Source of the DNA: Opitutaceae bacterium
GTDB taxonomy: Bacteria; Verrucomicrobiota; Verrucomicrobiia; Opitutales; Coraliomargaritaceae
Assembly (NCBI GenBank): GCA_051252375.1
Contig: JBPOFY010000004.1
Location: forward strand, 288,001-352,000
DNA length: 64,000 bases
Direction: 5' to 3'
How positions within the stretch are numbered: position 1 is the first letter of the stretch; each line of letters begins with the position of its first letter. The translations under genes and the position numbers were made by a program. The notes under the pieces were generated by a model. It saw only the letters and a list, made by a program, of their open reading frames with translations. It had not been told where the DNA came from and made no database searches. Below, one piece after another: positions 35,373 to 48,994 of this stretch.

Positions 35373-36077
35373 CTAAAGTCCAAGTCCTGCTTCCAACTGC
35401 TCAATACCTTCTCCGAAGCCGTTTATATCAAACTGCAGCTCTAATTCCTGATCATGGTAGTCTTTAACAAAGACGCGCAGCACCCGTCCGCCCTTCATTT
35501 GATCCCTTAAATAAAATGCACGAGGTGAGAAAGAAACTTTACCCACACTATTCAACGTCCAGCTCTCCTTTATCAAGGGACCATCATCCACTTGATATGC
35601 GACCGGCCACTTACGGATAAACGTCATCTTGTGGTCAAAATCGATGAATGCTTCGTATTTCTTTCGATAAAAACGAAAATGTATCTTCGGCTTACCTGGA
35701 TAATTCGCTTCAGCCTCAAGGCTGAGTAACTTAATCACCTGCCCGTCTTCGGGAGAGTTCAAGTCCGTCAATATCCAACCACCGATGCTCTGGTCATTAG
35801 CGAGCTTCTCCTGCGCAATTTCAGATGGAGGCTTTGTCAAATCTCCCTTTTTAAGTAAATCCTGCACCCGTCGTTGTAAGCTCTGAGGCACCCGATCCAT
35901 TGGTACTGAAAATTCCTCATCCGGGTTCGTAATCTTTCGGCAATAAAGAAAATCATCATCCGCATACAAAATCTCAGAGCGCACCATCACTCCTTTATCC
36001 AGACGTAAGGTGGCGATCGGACCAGCCAGTGCTGAACTAAGACCGATGAAACACAAAACTAAGATGCGAATTACCAT
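35373..36077 (-). CDS. Secreted hypothetical protein (SHD1-like N-term, TagO/VasI-like C-term)
   Basis: Signal peptide. The domain resemblance is by eye (W..SP.D..LSLEA..EAFIDF..YQVDD..W..FDING). Confidence 0.55.
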   Translation of the reverse strand: MVIRILVLCFIGLSSALAGPIATLRLDKGVMVRSEILYADDDFLYCRKITNPDEEFSVPMDRVPQSLQRRVQDLLKKGDLTKPPSEIAQEKLANDQSIGGWILTDLNSPEDGQVIKLLSLEAEANYPGKPKIHFRFYRKKYEAFIDFDHKMTFIRKWPVAYQVDDGPLIKESWTLNSVGKVSFSPRAFYLRDQMKGGRVLRVFVKDYHDQELELQFDINGFGEGIEQLEAGLGL

Positions 36078-36084
36078 TTAACGT

Positions 36085-36576
36085 TCAAAAACCAAACCAG
36101 CGCTTAATCACTTCAAAGATACTAGGCTTCGGCGCGGGTTGTGGTGTACTGTAACCACTCTCACTGGATTCCTCTGCGGGTGGATTTGTTGTGGCGGTCG
36201 ATGAGGATGAAGACGCTTTCGGCTCGAAGCTTAACTCTAAACGATAACCTTCTATCGTCGGACGCTGATCCACCGCTTCACCGACGGTGGCTTTGAGTTG
36301 TTCGAAATAATCTTGCCCAGTCGACTCGAGCAAGATCGGACCGAAATAATAACTGAGCGACTCGTGCTCATAGATCACATACCAACCGGTATCGAGCTTT
36401 GATGGATCATCCAAAATCGTGCCGGGGTAGCGCTGATCAAAATCTGCTTTCGATAAAAATCGGGTGAATGGAATCGCTTCTTCTTCAATCACGCGGAGCT
36501 GGCCATGTGCAGTAGAAAGCGCCACCAAAAAAAGAAGCCAGCCGTAGTTCACTATTCTAAATTTACTTTTCATCAC
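36085..36576 (-). CDS. Secreted hypothetical protein
   Basis: Signal peptide (LLFLVALSTAHG), Ser/Pro tail, amphipathic C-terminus IFEVIKRWFGF. Confidence 0.65.
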   Translation of the reverse strand: MMKSKFRIVNYGWLLFLVALSTAHGQLRVIEEEAIPFTRFLSKADFDQRYPGTILDDPSKLDTGWYVIYEHESLSYYFGPILLESTGQDYFEQLKATVGEAVDQRPTIEGYRLELSFEPKASSSSSTATTNPPAEESSESGYSTPQPAPKPSIFEVIKRWFGF

Positions 36577-37293
36577 TCAAATTCCAGAAGGTAGATTGGA
36601 GCCATAATCACCACTGCCACCGCCGGAGACATCACCGGATTGCGATCCACCGGTAGAGTCTTGTCCTTGGCTAGTGTCCGTGCTACTCGTGCTCGTGCTG
36701 CCCGAGTTCGTAGTGCCTGTAGAAGCAGTGCTCGACTCGCTGCCACTACTTTTAGAGCGGTTCACATCAACTGTTTCTTCAGAGCTCGCGCCTCCAAAAC
36801 CAAATTCATTAAAATCCCGCGGTTCAGAACCATTGCCGGAACCGGAGCCACCGGGTTGAGCACCTTCTGGTATTTCGCCTGCAACACCGCCGCTACCACT
36901 GCCTCCTGGGATGGTGCCCTCGGGTGGCTCTTGTCCATTCGCGCTGCCACCGCCTCCGCCTCCGCTCGGGGTTTGACCAGCTACTTCAGATTCGGCACCT
37001 GAGCTGCCACTGGTCTCATCCTTTGAACCGGATTGTGCGACAGTTTCTCCGCCACCCACACCGCCGATTTCACTAAAGTCCCGTCCACTGGAACCGTCGG
37101 TGGATTCTGCACCCGAGCCACTTGCCTCGGCAGGAATCTCTGCGGCCGCGCCACTAGATGCACTCTCGGAAGACTCAGAGGACTGGATACGTCCGTCAAA
37201 AATATTCGGGTCCGGCGCCGCCGTCAGCAACACTGCCGACGCCAATAAAAATAGGCCGCAGTTGATCGGATAAACTAGAGTTTCTCGGTGCAT
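36577..37293 (-). CDS. Ser/Gly-rich low-complexity secreted protein
   Basis: Hydrophobic N-terminus then an S/G/E-rich disordered region. Tightly packed between its neighbours; start uncertain. Confidence 0.6.
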   Translation of the reverse strand: MHRETLVYPINCGLFLLASAVLLTAAPDPNIFDGRIQSSESSESASSGAAAEIPAEASGSGAESTDGSSGRDFSEIGGVGGGETVAQSGSKDETSGSSGAESEVAGQTPSGGGGGGSANGQEPPEGTIPGGSGSGGVAGEIPEGAQPGGSGSGNGSEPRDFNEFGFGGASSEETVDVNRSKSSGSESSTASTGTTNSGSTSTSSTDTSQGQDSTGGSQSGDVSGGGSGDYGSNLPSGI

Positions 37294-38870
37294 TCGACGG
37301 TGATCTTTTGGTTCTGTTTCGTGGCATCGACTTTCAACTCGATTTCGACTGATTTGTAGCCGCTGCGTGTGCCCTTCACTATATAGACATCAGGAAACAG
37401 ATTTAGCTCCGTAACTTTAAAACGATCCGGCGGTTGCACACCTATGATACTGACATAAGTGCGTTTATCTGACTCGACAGTCACCGAAACCTCTTGGCTT
37501 TGCGCATCGATCACAGTCCGCAGCTTTTGCTCTGCGGCAATTTGTGAAGGTGGCACCGTGCTGGGGCGACTCGCCATGGCGTCATTAAAGAATTTTGCAG
37601 CCAAGGGGTAGCGCCCTTCTTTGATATACTTGGAAACGTTGGCAATATTCTGAGTATAGCGAATATTTGCGAGGTAGAGGCTCGATGCTTTTTCGAGGCC
37701 AGTGCGGGCCTCTTTAGAGTTGGGCTCAAGTGCGATAGCTTCTTTATAGAGATCACGGGCTACTTCGTAACGTCCAGCTTTGAGCGCGTCGTAACCAGTT
37801 ACCAACAGCTGTTCGAGACGAACCGCTTTGTATTGTTCTTGAAGCGCGACGAGGCGTTTCTGCATCTCAGAGGTTGGCTTGAGTGCAATCGCCGCTTCGA
37901 GCGCCTTGATCGTATCGGCTAAACGACCTTCAGCTTCGGCTTTGTTCGCTTCGGCTACTAGCGCATTATAGTCGCGCTCTAATATGCGTGCCTCGATCGC
38001 GACTCGTTGGTTACGGAGAAAAGGATTATTCGGATTGTTCGCAGCTAACTTATCAAGTTGCTCGAGTGCCGCTTCGTATTGCCCTGCCGCTTCAAGGGCT
38101 TTGATAGACTTCACTTCTTCGGCAATGCCCTCAAGTGCCTGAACCATGACGAGTCCCTCAGTCGCGGACTTATTTGCCGAATCAATGCGCAATACTTCCT
38201 GATAGGCATTTTTTGCTGCGGATAAATCATACGCCTCTAGGGCGACCTTGGCAGTTTCCAAAATATCACCAATTTGCTGAATCGCTCTGGCTTCCAAATC
38301 CCCGAGAATGGCTCCGGTCATTTCGTAATCATCCACACTTTTCTGATATTGACCGGCATTGAGCGAGCGAAGCGCTTCGTTGTATGTTTCTACGGCTTCG
38401 CGGTAGGTGTTGGTGAAAGCACTTTGCAAGTATTCCAAGCGCTGGAGTTCAGTATAAGTGGAATCGTTGAGCGCGCGGGCCTGGTCGGCTAGGGCAAGAG
38501 CCGCGAGTTGCGCTTCCGCGGTTTGCACGACGCTGCGGTAGTATTGCTCAGCTCGCTCCAATTTGCCTGAGGCCAGTGCGGAACGCGCCTTGTTTGCCTC
38601 CTTGTTTAACCCTGCCATGAAATCGAGCGAGACATCCCCTTTTTGCACCGCATCGACCAAATCCTTAGATAAGAGCTTTTCGGCATGATCCGCCAATTGA
38701 CGCAAGTCAAAGTCCACAACCGCGCCGCTGCCCTTCGAGGAAGCTTCATCGATCCCCAATTGAGGTGCATCTCCGCCGGCGCGGGAGATCATTAAGATGA
38801 TCAATGGCAAGATGATAAGTGCCCCGAGCACAATGGCGACGATGACGACAGGCTTTTGATTTCGACTCAT
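37275..38870 (-). CDS. Membrane-anchored TPR protein with C-terminal PEGA-like beta domain
   Basis: N-terminal TM (VVIVAIVLGALIILPLIILMI), TPR helices, C-terminal VTVESD..YIVKGTRSGY..ITVEC. ATG 38870 preferred. Confidence 0.75.
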   Translation of the reverse strand: MSRNQKPVVIVAIVLGALIILPLIILMISRAGGDAPQLGIDEASSKGSGAVVDFDLRQLADHAEKLLSKDLVDAVQKGDVSLDFMAGLNKEANKARSALASGKLERAEQYYRSVVQTAEAQLAALALADQARALNDSTYTELQRLEYLQSAFTNTYREAVETYNEALRSLNAGQYQKSVDDYEMTGAILGDLEARAIQQIGDILETAKVALEAYDLSAAKNAYQEVLRIDSANKSATEGLVMVQALEGIAEEVKSIKALEAAGQYEAALEQLDKLAANNPNNPFLRNQRVAIEARILERDYNALVAEANKAEAEGRLADTIKALEAAIALKPTSEMQKRLVALQEQYKAVRLEQLLVTGYDALKAGRYEVARDLYKEAIALEPNSKEARTGLEKASSLYLANIRYTQNIANVSKYIKEGRYPLAAKFFNDAMASRPSTVPPSQIAAEQKLRTVIDAQSQEVSVTVESDKRTYVSIIGVQPPDRFKVTELNLFPDVYIVKGTRSGYKSVEIELKVDATKQNQKITVECTEKL

Positions 38871-39045
38871 GATTTCAATAAAAAGGACGTTTTGGGGTCT
38901 GACAATGGAAGTCATCAGATGATATAAGGAAAAACTATGGACTTGTGACAAATTTGCACGTTCCGAAATGACCTAAAAATGTGGTCGATTTCGTCCGCGT
39001 TCGTGCTTGCATGGGAGGTCAAAAAATCCACCCTTTCGACAATTT

Positions 39046-42282
<3,237 letters not shown>

Positions 42283-42313
42283 CATTTCGAATTTGCCCCC
42301 GCCTCTGCCCCAA

Positions 42314-43165
42314 ATGAAAGTAAACTCCATCATCGCACTACTCTATGGTCCGGACCAACCGGGTCTGGTCTCGCGCGTGTCTAGTTGGATCTTTCTACGC
42401 GGGAGTAACATCGTCCACGCCGATCAGCATGAAGATCCGGAAGCTGGCATTTTCTTTCAACGTATTGAGTGGATCCCTTCCGGTCAGATCGACGAGGAAG
42501 CCGCTAGCTTTGAAAAGTTCGCTTCACAAGACCTCGGAATGACTGCAAAAGTCGCGCAGTCCACCGACCGACCCAAGGTCGCGCTCTTCGTTTCGAAAAT
42601 CGATCACTGCTTCCACGATACCATCCTGCGCTTCCGCTCAGGTGAAATGTCCGGCGAGCTCGCTTGCATCATCTCCAACCACGAAGTGCTTGCCGAAGAT
42701 GCCGCTCGCTACGACCTCCCCTTCTTTCACGTTCCAGTCACAAAAACGAACAAAGCAGAGGCAGAAGCCGAGCAACTTCGTATCGTGCACGAACAGGACA
42801 TCAGCCTGATCGTGATGGCCCGCTACATGCAAGTGCTGTCAAATGACTTCCTAAATGGTGCAGGTTGCCCAGTGATTAACATTCACCACTCCTTCCTGCC
42901 TGCCTTTGCTGGCGGCAAGCCTTACCATCAGGCGCACAATCGCGGGGTAAAACTGATCGGCGCGACCGCACACTACGCCACAGCAGACCTTGACGAAGGC
43001 CCAATCATCCACCAAGACGTTACCCGCATCAATCACCGCAACTCGGTGCCTGATCTAGTTCGCAAAGGTAAAGACCTCGAAAAATCTGTCTTTGCCCAAG
43101 CCATACGCCTTCATCTCGACAACCGCATTCTAGTCTATAACAACAAAACAGTCGTCTTCGACTAA
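42314..43165 (+). CDS. purU: Formyltetrahydrofolate deformylase
   Basis: PDQPGLV (ACT domain), MARYMQVLS, INIHHSFLPAF, GVKLIGATAH, NKTVVFD. Confidence 0.96.
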   Translation: MKVNSIIALLYGPDQPGLVSRVSSWIFLRGSNIVHADQHEDPEAGIFFQRIEWIPSGQIDEEAASFEKFASQDLGMTAKVAQSTDRPKVALFVSKIDHCFHDTILRFRSGEMSGELACIISNHEVLAEDAARYDLPFFHVPVTKTNKAEAEAEQLRIVHEQDISLIVMARYMQVLSNDFLNGAGCPVINIHHSFLPAFAGGKPYHQAHNRGVKLIGATAHYATADLDEGPIIHQDVTRINHRNSVPDLVRKGKDLEKSVFAQAIRLHLDNRILVYNNKTVVFD

Positions 43166-43181
43166 GCGGCTACGCCGCAAT

Positions 43182-43253
43182 TTGTAATTGATAATAGCTT
43201 ATAGCTAATTAATTACTACGCCCACTTTAGCCATTACTTATTACCTATTAGCA
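43182..43253. repeat. Inverted pair of degenerate 7-bp tandem arrays with no gene between
   Basis: TTGTAAT TGATAAT AGCTTAT AGCTAAT, 16-bp spacer, TTTAGCC ATTACTT ATTACCT ATTAGCA. Confidence 0.65.
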
Positions 43254-43263
43254 ATTTAGACCC

Positions 43264-43950
43264 ATGAACCACCCAAAACAAAACAAATCTAAAAATCCAA
43301 CGCTTCCCGACGATCAACAAATCGACGAGCGCAACCTCATCGACCTTGAAGACTCTGAGGACATTTCGATCGAAGATCGCATCAGCATGTATTGGATGGA
43401 GAACAAAGGCTTCATCACTGGCTGCGTCACCGTCTTAGCGCTGATCATCATCGCATTCAACGGCATGCGCATGTATAAGGACTACGCGGTCAAGCAGCTT
43501 CAAGCCGACTACGCCGAAGCTCAAGCAGCCGACACACTCGCTGACTTCGCGAAAGCCAATTCAAATAAAGAGCTCGGTGGACTCGCAGCCTTAACAACTG
43601 CCGACGCCGCTTACGGAGCAAAAGAGTTCACTAAAGCACTAGAATTCTACCAGATCGCTAGCAGCGCCCTCGCCGACAACATCCTCGCAGGACGCGCCGC
43701 ACTCGGAGAAGCCTTCTCCCTCCACCTGTCCGGCAGCACTGAGGAAGGTCTTGCCAAGCTCAATGCCATCGCCGCCAACAGCAGCCTACCCGAGTCCGCT
43801 CGCGCAGAAGCCGCTTACCACCTCGCCATCGAAGCCGACGTCGCAGGTCGTAGCGCAGAATTTGACAGCTATGTTGCACAAATCAACGAAATGCCCCTAG
43901 CCGGAGCATGGCAACAACGCCTCAGCTACTATCAGCAACAAGCTCGCTAA
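43264..43950 (+). CDS. YfgM-like membrane-anchored TPR protein
   Basis: WMENK followed by a single TM helix and TPR-like helices. Confidence 0.65.
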   Translation: MNHPKQNKSKNPTLPDDQQIDERNLIDLEDSEDISIEDRISMYWMENKGFITGCVTVLALIIIAFNGMRMYKDYAVKQLQADYAEAQAADTLADFAKANSNKELGGLAALTTADAAYGAKEFTKALEFYQIASSALADNILAGRAALGEAFSLHLSGSTEEGLAKLNAIAANSSLPESARAEAAYHLAIEADVAGRSAEFDSYVAQINEMPLAGAWQQRLSYYQQQAR

Positions 43951-43999
43951 CCAGCGAGCCTCATTGCGCTGCGTTGCTCCACCTTAGCACCCAACGGTG

Positions 44000-44761
44000 C
44001 TAGGCAATTAGCACCTTCAGCCATAGCCTGATAGCAACGAGCAAGATCACCATGGCCGTGACAAATCGCACACGTGCGCGCGGTAGTTTATTGGTTAAAA
44101 GGTAGGTGCCCACTCGCCCTCCGACCAGCACGGCGATCGGGCAGGCGACTAGGACCATTACCGGAAGGGAGTCCAGCAAGCGCTCTCCTTTCGTCAACTG
44201 CCCCATGAGTCCGGCAAAGCTATTCAATGCGATAAACATTGATGTGCAGGCAGCAATTGTTTGCGCACGCGCCCATCCGCATAAGTGCATAATCGGGGCC
44301 AGATAAATACCTCCACCAATTCCGGTAATGCCAGCGAGAAAGCCCAAGAGAATACCTACACCAATAAGTAGACTAGCTCGCGGCGCTTGAACGACATCCT
44401 GCCCATCTTTCTCCAATATATTTTGAAGAATCATCGCGCCGCTCGCCAAAGTCAGCGCCACTGCCAGTAAAACCAGAAACGCCGACTCGGGAAGTCGCCA
44501 TGCGCCTCCGATAAATGCACAAGGTATCGAAGCGATCAATAAAGGTCTCAGGATACGCCACTCTGCAAAACCTCGCCTTATCAGCAGAATACTACCCTGC
44601 GCGCTAACAATTAGATTACACGAAAGAGCCACTATCGGTATCGCTGCCAACGGCAAACCACTGATCGCAAGCAAAGCGATATAAGTGGACCCACCTCCGA
44701 AACCGGCCATCGCATACAGCCAAGCGACAAAAAGAAAGAGTATAGGTAAGAGGGCAGACAC
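44000..44761 (-). CDS. TauE/SafE family sulfite exporter / TSUP permease
   Basis: GFGGG and GIGGG repeats, about 8 TM helices. Confidence 0.88.
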   Translation of the reverse strand: MSALLPILFLFVAWLYAMAGFGGGSTYIALLAISGLPLAAIPIVALSCNLIVSAQGSILLIRRGFAEWRILRPLLIASIPCAFIGGAWRLPESAFLVLLAVALTLASGAMILQNILEKDGQDVVQAPRASLLIGVGILLGFLAGITGIGGGIYLAPIMHLCGWARAQTIAACTSMFIALNSFAGLMGQLTKGERLLDSLPVMVLVACPIAVLVGGRVGTYLLTNKLPRARVRFVTAMVILLVAIRLWLKVLIA

Positions 44762-45070
44762 TTGTAAGTATTAGACAGTTGTTATCACGTCAAAATCGGC
44801 GATTCCACCCCAAGGTCTTACTTTCGAGAAGACTCCAAATCAATCGCGTATTTATTCACTCGCAGACCCAACATCACGTATAGACGACCAAACAAAGCGG
44901 GAAACATATATCGCACAATCTACTAATTCTGCGCTGGATGTGAATTAGTTAAGCTTATCGATAAGTTCTCTTCTACTAAATCATAAAGGTTACTTATTCG
45001 GGAATCATTGACAGTAAGCACAGAGCGTGCACAACAACACACTCGCTAGCCGAACATCCGGATGCACTAA

Positions 45071-46402
<1,332 letters not shown>

Positions 46403-46423
46403 GCCCTAGAAAACGATTTAAAC

Positions 46424-46457
46424 AAAAGCCCGACGGTTATATACCGTCGGGCTTTTT
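46424..46457. terminator. Bidirectional Rho-independent terminator after eno
   Basis: AAAAGCCCGACGGT-tatat-ACCGTCGGGCTTTTT. Confidence 0.9.
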
Positions 46458-46497
46458 CGTATTAAAAATGCCGCTTCGATAAAAGCAGCTAATCCGA

Positions 46498-47748
46498 TCA
46501 CGCTACCCCACTTTGCTCCTTGAAGAACTTCTCGTCGGCGAGGCTCTCGATCAAATGCTGCGAAGTGGGACTATCATCTCTAAAGTTTTTCAGTTCTTCC
46601 TCAGTCAGCGTATCGCGCTGGGTCAGTGCCATCGAATTACGAATCACTCGAACCAAGCGAGAGTAGTCCAGCGCTTCATGAATTGATTCCAGATATTGAA
46701 CCGCACCACTGGAGAGCGTGCGCGTGCAGAGAAATGGATGCGCCACACGAAGCGTCGTAAAAATGGATTGTGCGATTACATGCACATCTTCTTTACGCTC
46801 ATTCATGCCCGGCAATTCTAGTATCGCGCCTGACTTACGAAAACGATCGACCAACTCAATCGCACTCTCTGAAACATACTCTTCCGAGTCGATCACATGC
46901 CCTAGTATAAATCTGACGGGAGTCTCTTCATTCACGGCATGAATTTGCGCCATAAAATGAGACAACTGCTCAACTGAATTTCGGGTCAATTCATACGACA
47001 AACCAACATAACAGTAAATCGTCGTATCCTGCTGCTTAATCAAGGCCTCCAATTCATCGGCATCAACATGCATCGGATCTAAAACCGTTAATGACGTCTC
47101 ATCACCATTCGCACGAAAGTTCAACTCGCGGGCAACCAACTCAAACTCAGCACCGTCTTCGCTTTCGATCAAAACAAGTGACGCATTATTCGCGACCTCA
47201 CAAATCTTCGCGACAAAATCTTGCATCACAGAACTCCGAGCAATCAAATATCTTGGGATCGTTACTGGCGAAGTAGAATCATTCCGATAGTTGCTTTGCT
47301 CCAGAACAACAGGCTTTGCTTTTGCCGCAACAGCACGCTTACGCTTCGCTCTCTTCTTTGCATTCTTTTGATCCACCTCGTGAATGACCTGCTGCAAGCG
47401 AACTTTAGAGCGCCGCATATCAGAAGAAAGCACTAGATAATGCTGCGCATTTGCAGGGCAACGATGCGCCCCTTCTTCACCGCCTGCCTCAATTGACTCA
47501 AATGGAATTAAGTTTGTCTTGGTCGAACCAAAATTAATTGCATCGAAAGCCCAGAGAGTCGCCTCCAACTGCAAGTCGTAAAAGACCATGTCCACCTTCC
47601 TCAACTTAGGGAGGACCGAAATCAACGCCTCTAAGTCAGAATAAAATTTGAACGGCTGTTGCCCACCCGCAAATAATTGCGCGAGCTGATCGACCATTTC
47701 CTTATCCGTAGTGAGAATGTGAATACTCATAATTGGACGATTCAACAT
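46498..47748 (-). CDS. Degenerate NtrC/sigma54-activator-like protein (REC-like + AAA+-like, no HTH)
   Basis: IARSSVMQ..VLIESEDGAEFELVARELN and LELPGMNERKEDV match the bEBP scaffold. Walker A and GAFTGA are absent. Confidence 0.65.
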   Translation of the reverse strand: MLNRPIMSIHILTTDKEMVDQLAQLFAGGQQPFKFYSDLEALISVLPKLRKVDMVFYDLQLEATLWAFDAINFGSTKTNLIPFESIEAGGEEGAHRCPANAQHYLVLSSDMRRSKVRLQQVIHEVDQKNAKKRAKRKRAVAAKAKPVVLEQSNYRNDSTSPVTIPRYLIARSSVMQDFVAKICEVANNASLVLIESEDGAEFELVARELNFRANGDETSLTVLDPMHVDADELEALIKQQDTTIYCYVGLSYELTRNSVEQLSHFMAQIHAVNEETPVRFILGHVIDSEEYVSESAIELVDRFRKSGAILELPGMNERKEDVHVIAQSIFTTLRVAHPFLCTRTLSSGAVQYLESIHEALDYSRLVRVIRNSMALTQRDTLTEEELKNFRDDSPTSQHLIESLADEKFFKEQSGVA

Positions 47749-48010
47749 ACTAAAACGATTCTTACATGCAACTCATGATTAAAGCAGTTAATAGCCTACA
47801 AATTCCTCATGTTATAGTATGATGCAATAGAGTTACACAACAACACCCGCACCACGAACCACGAACCACCTACAAATAAGCCTTTAGAGCACTTTTAATG
47901 TTCAACGAATTGAAATTAGTGGATAAAAAAGATAAAGACCCTCAGGCATTAAATAGTTTGTTAAAATACAATGAGCGCCCCCATTAAATCAGCTCAAGTG
48001 CATCTAGCAC

Positions 48011-48940
48011 TTAACTTAGCTTTTCAATTATCTCGTTAAAATCATCCGGCAAAGGAGCAACAAACTGCATCAACTCATCACGTTCCGGATGCTGAATGTG
48101 AAGCTCGGTTGAATGCAACATGACCCGCGGCACCTGAAACTCTTTCAAGCGACTCGCCTTAAAACCATATGTCGGATCGCCCAAAATAGGAAACTTCAAT
48201 GAACTGAGGTGCACACGTATTTGGTGCGTGCGACCAGTATGAATCACACAACTAATCATCGCGGCTTTACTGCCAAAGCGTTGCACAACTTGCCAATCGG
48301 TATGCGCTTCCTTTCCCGAAAAAACGACTGCCATTTTTGTGCGCATTACCGGATGCCGACCGATCGGTTCTTTGACCGAACCTCTGGAAATTTTTGGAAC
48401 ACCTTGGACCAATGCAGTATAACGCTTATAGGTTTCACGTTCACTAAATGCCGCTGCGAGCTTATGATGCGCTAAGTCGTTTTTCGCGACCACGATCAAG
48501 CCGCTCGTTTCCTTATCCAATCGATGCACAATGCCCGGACGGTCCGGCGCACCAACACTGCTCAGGTTGCCCTTACAATGATGCAAGAGTGCGTGCACCA
48601 AAGTATCGTCCCCTGTGCCACTGCCCGGATGCGTAATCATGCCCGGCATTTTGTTCACAACAACCAACGACTCATCTTCATAAACAACATCCAGCGGTAT
48701 CGCCACTGCCTTCGGTCCTTCACCGAGGTCAGGCTCTTCCAGAACAGCACGTAACCGTCCCGCCGCGTTTACCTTGAATCGTTTATCGATCACCTGCCCA
48801 TCGAATGTCACTAGACCTGACTCAAATGCACGTTGCAATCGCACACGACTGACATCGTCAAATTGTGCCGCAAAGATCTTATCCGCACGTCCCGCCTTCG
48901 CACCTTTCGGCACATTAAATTCTATAATTCGCTCAGACAT
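48011..48940 (-). CDS. rluD: 23S rRNA pseudouridine synthase RluD-like (S4 + RluA domain)
   Basis: [37 protein letters not shown]. Confidence 0.85.
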   Translation of the reverse strand: MSERIIEFNVPKGAKAGRADKIFAAQFDDVSRVRLQRAFESGLVTFDGQVIDKRFKVNAAGRLRAVLEEPDLGEGPKAVAIPLDVVYEDESLVVVNKMPGMITHPGSGTGDDTLVHALLHHCKGNLSSVGAPDRPGIVHRLDKETSGLIVVAKNDLAHHKLAAAFSERETYKRYTALVQGVPKISRGSVKEPIGRHPVMRTKMAVVFSGKEAHTDWQVVQRFGSKAAMISCVIHTGRTHQIRVHLSSLKFPILGDPTYGFKASRLKEFQVPRVMLHSTELHIQHPERDELMQFVAPLPDDFNEIIEKLS

Positions 48941-48994
48941 GGTTGAAACCGTCGATTAATAGACCCCAACCAAGAAGTCACAAGCGGATAACAG

